Assembly: GCA_937889515.1 (NCBI GenBank) | Contig: CALAOV010000342.1 | Span: forward strand, 3,993-67,992 | Length of the DNA: 64,000 nucleotides | Direction: 5' to 3' | Source of the DNA: an uncultured Myxococcales bacterium | GTDB taxonomy: Bacteria; Myxococcota_A; Polyangia; Fen-1088 | Shown here: positions 8,271-17,319 of the stretch, one piece after another | How positions within the stretch are numbered: position 1 is the stretch's first letter | How the letters are laid out: each line of letters opens with the position of its first letter | The notes under the pieces: generated by a model | Told to the model about the DNA's origin: nothing | Database searches by the model: none | Seen by the model: only the letters and a program-made list of their open reading frames with translations | Made by a program: the position numbers and the translations under genes

Positions 8271-10471
8271 CAGATCTCTTCCGGACCGGGTGGTGGCCGG
8301 CGGAGGACCACCATGGAGCGGCCGCGCAGCGGCAGGCTCGCTTCCCCCGGCAGCTTGGCCGCCACCGGCGCGACCGGGCACGAGGTGTCGACCACGATCT
8401 CCCATTCGTGCCCCCAGTCGAGGTGGGGCAAGGCGAAGGTCAGCTCCTCGTGGTGCGCGTTCAGGAGCACCAGCAGGGTGTTGCCCATCGGGCGGCGTCC
8501 GGCCTTGTCCGGCACCACCAGCGTGTCACCACCCAGCAGGTAGGTCAGCGAGCGGACAAAAGGCACCTGCCAATCCTCGGCCGGCATCTCGTTGCCATCG
8601 GGCCGGAAGAAGGCCAGGTCCTTGAGCCGCGAATCCCAGATGCGGTCGCCGCGGAAGAAGTGATCCTCGCGCAAGACCCCCTCCTTTCGCCGCAGCCGCG
8701 ACAGGCGGGCGGTGAAGTCGAGCAGGGCGCGGCGGCGGTCGTCCAGGTTCCAGTCCACCCAGGAGATCTCGTTGTCCTGGCAATAGGCGTTGTTGTTTCC
8801 GCCCTGGGTCCGGCCCATCTCGTCGCCGGCCACCAGCATGGGCACGCCGCGCGACAGGAACAGCGTGCTCAGGAAGTTGCGCTTGGTGCGATCGCGCAGC
8901 TCGTTGATCCCGGCGTCGTCGGTCTCCCCCTCGACGCCGTGGTTCCAGGACCGGTTGTCGTCCGACCCGTCCCGGTTGTCGTCCTTGTTCGCTTCGTTGT
9001 GCTTGCCGTCGTAGCTGACCAGATCGTGCAAGGTGAATCCGTCGTGGCTGGTGATGAAGTTGATGCTGGCGTGAGGCCGACGTCCGCCCGCCTGAAAGAT
9101 GTCGGCCGATCCGGTCAGTCGATAACCGAGCTCGCCCGCCTGGCTCTCGTCGCCCTTCCAGAAGCGGCGCACGGCGTCCCGGTAGGCGCCGTTCCACTCC
9201 GACCACAACACCGGGAAGCCGCCCAGCTGAACGCCGTTTTCGCCGGTGTCCCACGGCTCCGCGATGAGCTTGAGCGACGACAGCGCCGGGTCCTGGTGCA
9301 CCGCCTGGAAAAACGCGGCATTCTTGTCGAAGGCGAAGGTCGGCCACATCCGACCCAGCGTGGTGGCCAGATCGAACCGGAACCCGTCGACGTGCATCTC
9401 CGTGGCCCAGTAGCGAAGGCTGTCGAGCACCAGCTTCATGGTGTAAAGGGCGCCCAGGTTCAAGCTGTTGCCGCAGCCGGTGAACTCCATGTTGTAGCGA
9501 CGGTCCTGCGGGCTGTGGTGGTAGTAGCCGATGTTGTCGAGGCCCCGAAATGAGAGCGTCGGGCCCATCTGATTGCCTTCGCCCGTGTGGTTGTAGACCA
9601 CGTCGAGGATCACTTCGATGCCGGCCGCGTGGAGCTGCTTGACCATGGTCTTGAACTCCGCGACCTGGGCCCCCGGTGTCGAGGCGCGTGCATAACGCTG
9701 CTCGGGCGCGAAGAAGGCCAGCGTGCTGTAGCCCCAATAGTTGGTCAGCCCCTTGTCGACCATGTACCCGTCGACCAACTTGGCGTGGACGGGCAGGAGC
9801 TCGATGGCGGTGATGCCCAGCTTCTGGAGGTGGGCGATGACCGCCGGATGTCCGATCGCCGCGTAGGTGCCGCGGATCTCTTCGGGCACCTCGGGATGCC
9901 GCATGGTCAGGCCGCGGACGTGCGCCTCATAGATGATGGTGTCGTTCCAGGGAACGTTCGGACGGCGATCCTCCCCCCAGTCGAAATCGTCGACCAGCAC
10001 CACCGACTTCGGGACGACGGCGGCGTCGTCCTGCTCGGAGAACGCCAGGTCGGCGTCGGGCGCGTTGGTCGGATAGCCGTAGATCGGGCCCTTGAAATCG
10101 ATGTCGCCGTGCAGGGCGCGCGCGTACGGATCGATGAGCAGCTTGTTGATGTTGAAGCGCTGCCCCTCGCTCGGCACGAAGGGACCCTCGACGCGGAATC
10201 CGTAGAGGGCGCCGACCCGGACGTCCGGAATCAGTCCGTGGAAGACCTGCGCGGTCCGTTCCAGCAGCTCGTAGCGGGCGATCTCGCGCGCCGGCTCGGC
10301 CGCATCGAAGAGACAGACGAAGGCGCGTTCCCCGTGCTCGGAGAACAGCGCGAAGTTCACGCCCCCAACCATCAAGGTGGCGCCCAGCGGGAACGGGCTG
10401 CCCGGCAGCACCGCGAAGCGAGGATCCGGAGCGGTCTCGGCGTCGGGCTCGAGAACTCTAGCGGTGGACAA
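8270..10471 (-). CDS. glgX: Glycogen debranching enzyme GlgX/TreX (GH13_11)
   Basis: FAVLPGSPFPLGATLMVGGVNFALFSEHGERAFVCLFD, YWGYSTLAFFAPEQRYA and EVILDVVYNHTGEG are GlgX signatures. Confidence 0.9.
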   Translation of the reverse strand: MSTARVLEPDAETAPDPRFAVLPGSPFPLGATLMVGGVNFALFSEHGERAFVCLFDAAEPAREIARYELLERTAQVFHGLIPDVRVGALYGFRVEGPFVPSEGQRFNINKLLIDPYARALHGDIDFKGPIYGYPTNAPDADLAFSEQDDAAVVPKSVVLVDDFDWGEDRRPNVPWNDTIIYEAHVRGLTMRHPEVPEEIRGTYAAIGHPAVIAHLQKLGITAIELLPVHAKLVDGYMVDKGLTNYWGYSTLAFFAPEQRYARASTPGAQVAEFKTMVKQLHAAGIEVILDVVYNHTGEGNQMGPTLSFRGLDNIGYYHHSPQDRRYNMEFTGCGNSLNLGALYTMKLVLDSLRYWATEMHVDGFRFDLATTLGRMWPTFAFDKNAAFFQAVHQDPALSSLKLIAEPWDTGENGVQLGGFPVLWSEWNGAYRDAVRRFWKGDESQAGELGYRLTGSADIFQAGGRRPHASINFITSHDGFTLHDLVSYDGKHNEANKDDNRDGSDDNRSWNHGVEGETDDAGINELRDRTKRNFLSTLFLSRGVPMLVAGDEMGRTQGGNNNAYCQDNEISWVDWNLDDRRRALLDFTARLSRLRRKEGVLREDHFFRGDRIWDSRLKDLAFFRPDGNEMPAEDWQVPFVRSLTYLLGGDTLVVPDKAGRRPMGNTLLVLLNAHHEELTFALPHLDWGHEWEIVVDTSCPVAPVAAKLPGEASLPLRGRSMVVLRRPPPGPEEI

Positions 10472-12542
10472 GGGGCTCTCCTATGGGTTGGGGCTCAGCG
10501 GTCAAACGCCAGGCGCGCAGCAGCTCGGCGACGCCCCAGGCCTGGGCGATGCAACCGCGCGGACGGAACGGAGCCTCGGCATCGAAGATCTCGCTCACCG
10601 AGCCGACGCAGGCCTGACCCAGGTGCGTCTGCAGGCCACGGAGAAGCTGGCGCGCGTTCGAGCGCGACTCGGGATAGACCTTCAACCAGGCATCCACGAA
10701 CGGACCGATGAGCCAGCTCCAGACGGTTCCTTGGTGGTAGGCGGCATCTCGGGTCCGCAGATCGCCGTGGTAGCTCGCCTTGAAATCTGGCTCGCCGGGC
10801 GCCAGCGATCGGAGGCCGACGGGCGTCAGCAGCGCCTCGGCGGCGCCGTCGACGATGGCACGCCAATGCACCGGATCCAGCACCGGATTCGGGAGCGAGA
10901 CGGCGAGGAGCTGATTCGGCCGGAAGGAATCGTCCTGTGCCTCGGCCGGTCCCTGAATGACGTCGAACAATCGATTCTTCGATTCGTTCCAGAACAGGCG
11001 GTTGAAAGATGCCTTCGCCGTCTCCGCCATCTGCCGATAGCGCACCGCCGACTCCGGCGATCGTTCCCCCGCCATCCACTGCCCGATCAGCGTCAGGGCG
11101 TTGAACCACAGCGCGTTGATCTCGACCGCCTTTCCGCGACGCGGCGTCACCACCCAGCCGTCGCAGAGCGCGTCCATCCAGGTCAGCGCGAACCCGTCCT
11201 GGCCCTGCCGGAGCAGGCCGTCGGCGGGGTCGACCCCGATTCCGAAGTCGGTCCCTTTGACGTGGGCGTCGATGATCTGCTCCAGCGTCGGAAGCAGCAG
11301 CCGCAGCGTCACGCGATCCGAGCTGTAGGCCAGATAGCGATCGACCGCGTGAAAGAACCAGAGGGTGGCGTCGGCCGTGTGGTACAGGCCCTCCTGCGAC
11401 CCCTCCGGGAACAGGTTGGGAATCAGCCCATTTCGCGTGTAGCGGGCGAAGCTGTGCAGGATGAAGTGGGCCGTCTGGAGGCGCCCCGTGCAGAGGGTCA
11501 GCCCTTCGAGGCTGATCATCGTGTCCCGTCCCCAGTCGGTGAACCAGTGGTATCCCGCGATGACCGATCGCAGCTCCTCGCCCTGCGCGCGCGCCCGGGC
11601 GGCGTCCTCGGTACGTCCCGCCGGCGCGATCACGAATTGGTCGGCGGCCAGCACCAGCTCGGCGGTCGTGAGGTCCTGGTCGGCCCCGGGGGCGATGTGC
11701 AAAAGGCGCGTGCGACGGTCGTTTTCATAGCGCCAGGCCCGATCGGGATCGATGGCACCCATCGTCTCCCAGGTCTCGGCGGAGGCCACCAGCGTGACCG
11801 GTGTGGCGCGCGTCAGCGTGACCTTGAACTGCCCGGGGCTCCAGAGCGTGCCGTGCGCTTCGTAGCCGCGATCCGCCTCCCAGCGGTAGTTGACCCTCTC
11901 TTGTCGTTCCGGAAAGAACTCGAAGGTCGGGCTCTGGCCGTCGACCTGGATCTTCAGGGATGGCAGGAGGGATCCGGTCGACACCTCGAATCGGTTGCCT
12001 GTCAGCGACAAGGTGTACGGATCGAAGGGGCGGGAGACCGGAGCGTCGTGGGGGCGAAAATGCATCGCCGGGCGCAACGACATCGCGATCCCCGGATGCG
12101 CCCTGTCCGTGCCCGGCGCATCCAGCAGGCTGTACCTCAGATAGACCGTATTCTGGCAGTAGGCGAGCACGATCCGCTTCTCGATGACCACGTTATCCAA
12201 CCGGTAGGTCCAGATCGGCAGCCCCATCTCCAGCCGAAACTCCTCGAGGTGCTCGGTTCCGTGCATCGCGGTTCCGGCGTCGGTCTCCTCGGCGCTGAGC
12301 CGGCGCGCGGAGCCGTCGGGGAGCCGAAGGTGCTCGACCAGGTGGTCCAGCATCATCGTGCGCCCGAAGGGGTTGGGCAGCGCCGCCACCAGCAGGCCGT
12401 GGTAGCGACGCCGGACCATGCCGGCCAGGGTGCCGGAGGCATAACCCCCGAGGCCGTTGGTCACCAACCACTCGCGGTCGACCAGGGCTTCGTTCGCATT
12501 TGGCTCGTCGCTCTGCCAGCCGACGCGAGAGACCTGAATCAT
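10458..12542 (-). CDS. Amylo-alpha-1,6-glucosidase, bacterial GDE-like (GDE_N_bis + GDE_C)
   Basis: N-terminal REWLVTNGLGGYASGTLAGMVRRRYHGLL is typical of bacterial glycogen-debranching-enzyme-like proteins. It overlaps the glgX start by 14 nt. Confidence 0.8.
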   Translation of the reverse strand: MIQVSRVGWQSDEPNANEALVDREWLVTNGLGGYASGTLAGMVRRRYHGLLVAALPNPFGRTMMLDHLVEHLRLPDGSARRLSAEETDAGTAMHGTEHLEEFRLEMGLPIWTYRLDNVVIEKRIVLAYCQNTVYLRYSLLDAPGTDRAHPGIAMSLRPAMHFRPHDAPVSRPFDPYTLSLTGNRFEVSTGSLLPSLKIQVDGQSPTFEFFPERQERVNYRWEADRGYEAHGTLWSPGQFKVTLTRATPVTLVASAETWETMGAIDPDRAWRYENDRRTRLLHIAPGADQDLTTAELVLAADQFVIAPAGRTEDAARARAQGEELRSVIAGYHWFTDWGRDTMISLEGLTLCTGRLQTAHFILHSFARYTRNGLIPNLFPEGSQEGLYHTADATLWFFHAVDRYLAYSSDRVTLRLLLPTLEQIIDAHVKGTDFGIGVDPADGLLRQGQDGFALTWMDALCDGWVVTPRRGKAVEINALWFNALTLIGQWMAGERSPESAVRYRQMAETAKASFNRLFWNESKNRLFDVIQGPAEAQDDSFRPNQLLAVSLPNPVLDPVHWRAIVDGAAEALLTPVGLRSLAPGEPDFKASYHGDLRTRDAAYHQGTVWSWLIGPFVDAWLKVYPESRSNARQLLRGLQTHLGQACVGSVSEIFDAEAPFRPRGCIAQAWGVAELLRAWRLTAEPQPIGEPLVHR

Positions 12543-12702
12543 CGTCGTTCGGAAGAGTTCAAGGTGCGTGCCAAGCGCACCCGCCCGCGCAATGCACCAG
12601 CTTCGCGTTCTTGAAGGCCTCTCGTTACCCGCCCGTAACGTCCGCGGGGAGCTGTAACGATCCTGGATCCTGCGCGGACGTTCTAGGAACCCCGCGCGCC
12701 GG

Positions 12703-14484
12703 TCACAGGATCTCCGACCAGGACGGAGATGTGGCGAAGGCGGCGTTGATCAAACCGGCGTGCGAATAGGCCTGCGGGAAATTTCCCCACAGGCGCCGCC
12801 CGATCGGATCGTAGTCCTCGGCCAGCAGACCGAGCGGCGACAGTGCCGGACGAACGCGCTCCAGCAGAACGCGGGCCTCGTCGCGTCGACCCATGAGTGC
12901 CAGCGCCTCCGCCAGCCACAGCGTGCAGATGACGAAGGCGACGGTGGGCTGCCCGAATCCGTCGTCGTGGGCATATCGAAACAGCCAGCCGTCCCGCCCG
13001 AGCCCGTTCGCGATGGCCTGGATGCTCGAACGCATGCGCGGATCGTCGAGCGGCAAGAAACGCAGCTTGGCCAGCTGAATCAGCGAGGCGTCGAGCGTCT
13101 GGTCCAGATTCTGGCCGCCATACGACGAGACGAACGCGCCCAGGGTGGGGTTCCAGGCCTGCTCGACGATTTGATGGTGCAGCCGATCGGCCGCAGCGCG
13201 CATCTCCGCGGCTATGGCTGGGCGATGAACCGCGGCGATGCGGGCCGCGCGGTCGGCCGCCGCCCAGCACATCACGCTGGAGAAGGTCTGCGGCGTCCAT
13301 TCGGTCCTGAGCTCCCAGATCCCTGCGTCCGGCGTGCCCGCCACGGCGACCGCCCGGCGTGCCAAACGCTCGATCAGATCCAGCGACTCCCGCGTCCGCT
13401 CGTTCTCGAACCGGCTGTCGAGAAAGACCGGCTCCAGCGCCAGCACCAGCTCGCCGAACAGATCGTGCTGCTTGTGCAGGGCGGCGCCGTTCCCCAGCCG
13501 CACGGGACCTTCGCCCCCGAACCCGGCCCAGTTGGACAGGACCGTCTCCTCGAGGTCGCTGCTGCCGTCGATGCGGTAGAGGGGCGAGAGATCCAGCTCC
13601 GGGTTTCCGCCCGCGATGTTCAGCAGGTACTTCAGAAATCCTTCGCGCTCCTCGAAGTGGCCCAGCATCCGAAAGGCGTCCAGGACGTAGTAGGCGTCCC
13701 GGAGCCAGCAGTAGCGATAGTCCCAGGTTCGGCCGCTCCCGGGCGACTCCGGGATCGCCATGGTCGTCGACGCGACGATCGCACCGGTGTCCTCGTAACA
13801 GTGCAGCTTGAGCGCGAGGGCCGACCGGATGACCTCGTTCTGGAAATGCGGCGGAACGTCGCAATGCTTGACCCAGACCTGCCAGTAGCGAACCGTCTCC
13901 GACAGATGGCGTTCGCAGCGCGCCGGCAGCGGCTCATCCGGTGGCGGGCCCCAGGTCAGGATCAGGTGGTGCCGCTGGGTGAGCGCGAACGGCGCGCCCG
14001 TGAGAAAGGTCTGCGGGATGTCGGAGGTCAATCGCAGCGGTCGCGGATAGCCCAAAAAATCGATGTGGCCAGAGGATTCCAGACGCTCGGGGCGCTTCTT
14101 CGACCAGCCGAGTCGGGGCTCGCAGCGAACGGTGATGCGCGGCATCCCCTCGATCGGCTCGACGATGCGAACCAGCTCCGTCGGCGTGATGACCCGCTGC
14201 TGGACGAAATAGCGCGGCGCCAGATCCAGGACCCGAAAGGCCCCCTCGGCGGTGCGGAAGGTGGTCTCGAGGACGTTGGTGTTGGGCAGATAGCGCTGCA
14301 CCCCCGGGGTCCCCGCGGCAGACCCGACCTCGAACGTGCCGCCGTCGGCCTCATCCAGCAGCGCCCCGAAGACGGGCTCGCCGTCCAGGCGCGGGAGGCA
14401 ACACCAATTGACGGCGCCGCTCCGATCGACCAGCGCTGCGAACTGACAGTTCCCGATGAGGCCGAGATCTTCCAGCTTTGGCAA
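12703..14484 (-). CDS. Glycoside hydrolase family 15 (glucoamylase/glucodextranase/trehalase-like)
   Basis: N-terminal LGLIGNCQFAALVDRSGAVNWCCLPRLDGEPVFGALLD is the conserved GH15 N-terminal domain. The (alpha/alpha)6 catalytic region follows. Confidence 0.8.
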   Translation of the reverse strand: MPKLEDLGLIGNCQFAALVDRSGAVNWCCLPRLDGEPVFGALLDEADGGTFEVGSAAGTPGVQRYLPNTNVLETTFRTAEGAFRVLDLAPRYFVQQRVITPTELVRIVEPIEGMPRITVRCEPRLGWSKKRPERLESSGHIDFLGYPRPLRLTSDIPQTFLTGAPFALTQRHHLILTWGPPPDEPLPARCERHLSETVRYWQVWVKHCDVPPHFQNEVIRSALALKLHCYEDTGAIVASTTMAIPESPGSGRTWDYRYCWLRDAYYVLDAFRMLGHFEEREGFLKYLLNIAGGNPELDLSPLYRIDGSSDLEETVLSNWAGFGGEGPVRLGNGAALHKQHDLFGELVLALEPVFLDSRFENERTRESLDLIERLARRAVAVAGTPDAGIWELRTEWTPQTFSSVMCWAAADRAARIAAVHRPAIAAEMRAAADRLHHQIVEQAWNPTLGAFVSSYGGQNLDQTLDASLIQLAKLRFLPLDDPRMRSSIQAIANGLGRDGWLFRYAHDDGFGQPTVAFVICTLWLAEALALMGRRDEARVLLERVRPALSPLGLLAEDYDPIGRRLWGNFPQAYSHAGLINAAFATSPSWSEIL

Positions 14485-14700
14485 GAGATCCAGTTGGAGA
14501 CGGTAGTCATCCCCGACGGGGCGGCAAGCGTCGCCCGTCCAGATTGAGACCGGTTACGACACCGCGCGCCCGCTGGAGCCGTGTCTCGGTTTCGTAACGG
14601 TTGGCCCTGCGGGAGGGGACGCGAGCGGCCCGACCGGCCGGAAAAAGCGGCGACGAAGACCCGCCCGTCGGCTGGCACGCGATTTGATGGATGTCTCGCC

Positions 14701-15150
14701 ATGACGAATCAGACAAACGATTTTTCGACCGGCCCCCGTCCCCGGGGAACGCTGAGAATCAAACGGCTTCTGGCCACCCAGCTCAAGCTGTTCCGGCTGG
14801 ACCTGGTCGGACAGGATCACCCCGCCCTGGTTCGCGTGGGCGCGCTGCTGATTTTTGGCCCGTTCTTGCTGGTCGGCTATGCCTTCGCGCTGGCGGCGGC
14901 GGTCCGCATTCTGGCCATCCGCCTCGGCTGGGGAGTCGGGTTGCTGCTGATCGGGCTGATTCACCTGGCCGTGGGCGCCTGGGGAATGAAGCGGAGTCGC
15001 GCGATCGCCTTCGCGCAGAGCTACGACGTCGTCGTGCCCGAGTGCGAACCGGCGCGCTCCGCTCACCTCGGATTCGACGACGCGGTCACCCTGCCCAGCC
15101 TCTATCGACCGCTGCGACCCAAAGCCCCGGCGCCCCACCGCCCCGTGTGA
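14701..15150 (+). CDS. Small 2-TM membrane protein, Holin-X/DUF1469-like ('phage holin family protein' type)
   Basis: Amphipathic N-terminal helix (RIKRLLATQLKLFRLDL), two hydrophobic helices (GALLIFGPFLLVGYAFALAAAV / GVGLLLIGLIHLAVGAWG) and a basic tail. This architecture is typical of PF07332-like proteins. The ATG at 14701 was chosen over the upstream alternative start. Confidence 0.45.
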   Translation: MTNQTNDFSTGPRPRGTLRIKRLLATQLKLFRLDLVGQDHPALVRVGALLIFGPFLLVGYAFALAAAVRILAIRLGWGVGLLLIGLIHLAVGAWGMKRSRAIAFAQSYDVVVPECEPARSAHLGFDDAVTLPSLYRPLRPKAPAPHRPV

Positions 15151-15192
15151 TGACCCTTCCGGTTGAGCCATCCATGTCCATATTCCGCAAAG

Positions 15193-17319
15193 ATGAATCG
15201 GCTTCGTGCGGGCCTCCCCGGTGCCGGCTTTCGGTGCCGCGGCGGCGGACGTGCCGTCGTCTCGGTCGCCTGCGTTTTGGCGGGGAGCGTCTTGCTGGGT
15301 TGCGCTGGGCACCAGAAGAAGGATCTGCCCACCGTGAAGGACCTGAAGATCTCGGGCAACCGTGAGGTCTCGTCGCGCGAGATCAAGAAAAGGATCCTGA
15401 CTAGCAAGACGGGGTGGTGGCCGTTCGCCAGCAAGGAGCTCTACGATCCGGTGGCCTGGCAGGCCGATCTCAAGCGGATCGAGCGCCTCTACACGGCCAA
15501 AGGCTTCTACCAGGCCGAGGTCGTGAAGGACGAGGTCGTTCCCCGGCCGCCCGATGGCGTCTCGCTGGAGGTCCAGGTTAGCGAGGGACCGCAGACCCGG
15601 ATCGGCCAGCTCCAGATTAGCGGGCTCGAGGCGCTGCCGGCGGCCGACCGGGAGGCCGCGGTCAGGCGCCTGCCGCTGACCGTGGGCGCCGTCTTCGTCG
15701 AATACGACTGGGCGGCCGCCAAGGAAAAGATCGCGGCCGCCTTGCGCGACCGGGGCTATGCCAAGGTCGCCGTCGACGCGCAGGCGCTGGTCGACGTCAA
15801 GACGCACCTGGCGTCGTTGACGCTCTTCGTGCGACCCGGGCTGCGGTACACCTTCGGCGCCATCGAGATCACCACCACGCCCGACGCGCGCATCGCGCCG
15901 GTCTTGGTCTGGGAGCAGGCCCGGATCGCCATTCCCGAGGGGAAGCACACCAGCGACGACGCGCTCGACGAGGCCCAGCGGCGGATCCTGGCGATGGGCG
16001 TCTTCGCGACGGTGAAGGTGACCACCGGCGACGCCGACGACCGGACGGCCCGGATGCCGGTGCGGGTCGACGTGCGCGAGGCGCCGTTCCGGACCTTGCG
16101 TTTGGGCGGCGGCGGCAAGATCGACGAGATCCGCAACGAGGTTCGTCTCCTCGCCGAATGGACCAACCGCGACTTCCTGGGCGGCATGCGCAAGCTGACC
16201 GCCCACGCCGAGGCCGGCTGGGCGTTCATTCCCAACTTCTATACGGCCACCACCGGCGACGCCACCAGCGGCGCGCGCAACGGGCCGATCGCCGACCTGA
16301 GCCTGCAGTTCGAGCAGCCGCGCTTCCTCGGCCGTCCCTCCTTGCGCGAGCAGAGCAAGATCGAGGTCCAGCGCACCCTCGAGCTGACCTACGACGCGAT
16401 CAGCACGAGCCTCACCAACGGCGTCATCTGGACGCCGCGCGCGCGGCTGTCGATCTTCCCGTCGTACCACCTGGAGGGCGACTACCTGAACGGACCGCCG
16501 GTCAGCAGCGCCGCCACCGCGCCGCTGACGCTGGGTTGCGACACCACCAGCGACCACTGCTTCGTCTGGCTCTCCTACCTGGAACAGGTGGTCACCTGGG
16601 ATCGGCGCGACCATCCACTCGAGCCGCGGAACGGCGCCTACGCCAGCCTGTCGTTGCAGGAGGGCGGAGGACCGCTGGGCGGGGACTTCAACTACTTCCG
16701 GGTGCTGCCCGATCTGCGCGGCTACATAAGCTTTGGCGAGGACGACGTGCTCACCTTGTCGGCACGCTTGCGCGTGGGCGAGCTCTGGCCGACCTCCGGC
16801 AATCCCGAGCAGAGCGCGGTGGTGACCCGCTTTTACGGCGGCGGAGCCGTGTCGATGCGCGGCTTCAACGACCGCCGCCTCTCGCCGCTCCTGCTGGTGC
16901 CGGCGCCCGGCGCGGCCCCCGGCGTCACGCTCAGTCTCCCCATCGGTGGCGACGGGATGATCGACGGCAGCTTCGAGGCGCGCTACTCGCTGACCGAGGT
17001 CCTGCGCCTGGCCGCCTTCGTCGACTACGGACAGGTGACGACCGCGCAGGTCACACCGGGCGACGCCGCCCGGCTTCTTTGGGCGGTCGGCCTGGGCCTG
17101 CGCTACCTGACGCCGATCGGACCAATCCGCCTGGACGTGGCGCGCCGGCTGCCCTTCGGGCGACTGCCGCCGCTTTACGCCGCGAACGCGGGCGTCATCG
17201 AGCTGCAACCCGCCTACCCGGTCGACACGAGCTGCTTCGGTCTCTTTGGGTCTCAACCGCTGACCCCGGTCACCGACGGTCTGTGCGTCTTGCAGATCTC
17301 GATCGGCGAGGCGTTTTGA
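15193..17319 (+). CDS. tamA: Omp85-family outer membrane protein, TamA/BamA-like (POTRA + beta-barrel)
   Basis: Lipoprotein-like signal (VLLGCAG), POTRA-like repeats (VKDLKISGNREVSSREIKKRI...) and a C-terminal Omp85 barrel (GGGAVSMRGF...GIELQ). The start may be ATG 15193 or TTG 15163. Confidence 0.85.
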   Translation: MNRLRAGLPGAGFRCRGGGRAVVSVACVLAGSVLLGCAGHQKKDLPTVKDLKISGNREVSSREIKKRILTSKTGWWPFASKELYDPVAWQADLKRIERLYTAKGFYQAEVVKDEVVPRPPDGVSLEVQVSEGPQTRIGQLQISGLEALPAADREAAVRRLPLTVGAVFVEYDWAAAKEKIAAALRDRGYAKVAVDAQALVDVKTHLASLTLFVRPGLRYTFGAIEITTTPDARIAPVLVWEQARIAIPEGKHTSDDALDEAQRRILAMGVFATVKVTTGDADDRTARMPVRVDVREAPFRTLRLGGGGKIDEIRNEVRLLAEWTNRDFLGGMRKLTAHAEAGWAFIPNFYTATTGDATSGARNGPIADLSLQFEQPRFLGRPSLREQSKIEVQRTLELTYDAISTSLTNGVIWTPRARLSIFPSYHLEGDYLNGPPVSSAATAPLTLGCDTTSDHCFVWLSYLEQVVTWDRRDHPLEPRNGAYASLSLQEGGGPLGGDFNYFRVLPDLRGYISFGEDDVLTLSARLRVGELWPTSGNPEQSAVVTRFYGGGAVSMRGFNDRRLSPLLLVPAPGAAPGVTLSLPIGGDGMIDGSFEARYSLTEVLRLAAFVDYGQVTTAQVTPGDAARLLWAVGLGLRYLTPIGPIRLDVARRLPFGRLPPLYAANAGVIELQPAYPVDTSCFGLFGSQPLTPVTDGLCVLQISIGEAF

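Noticed and set aside
6130-8543. 616-aa and 738-aa ORFs overlapping treY
   Set aside because: Alternative frames of treY. No motifs. Arg/Gly/Pro-rich composition.
10377-14547. 745-aa and 595-aa plus-strand ORFs, plus several 200-400-aa minus-strand ORFs, overlapping the GDE and GH15 genes
   Set aside because: Shadow ORFs of genes supported by conserved family signatures.
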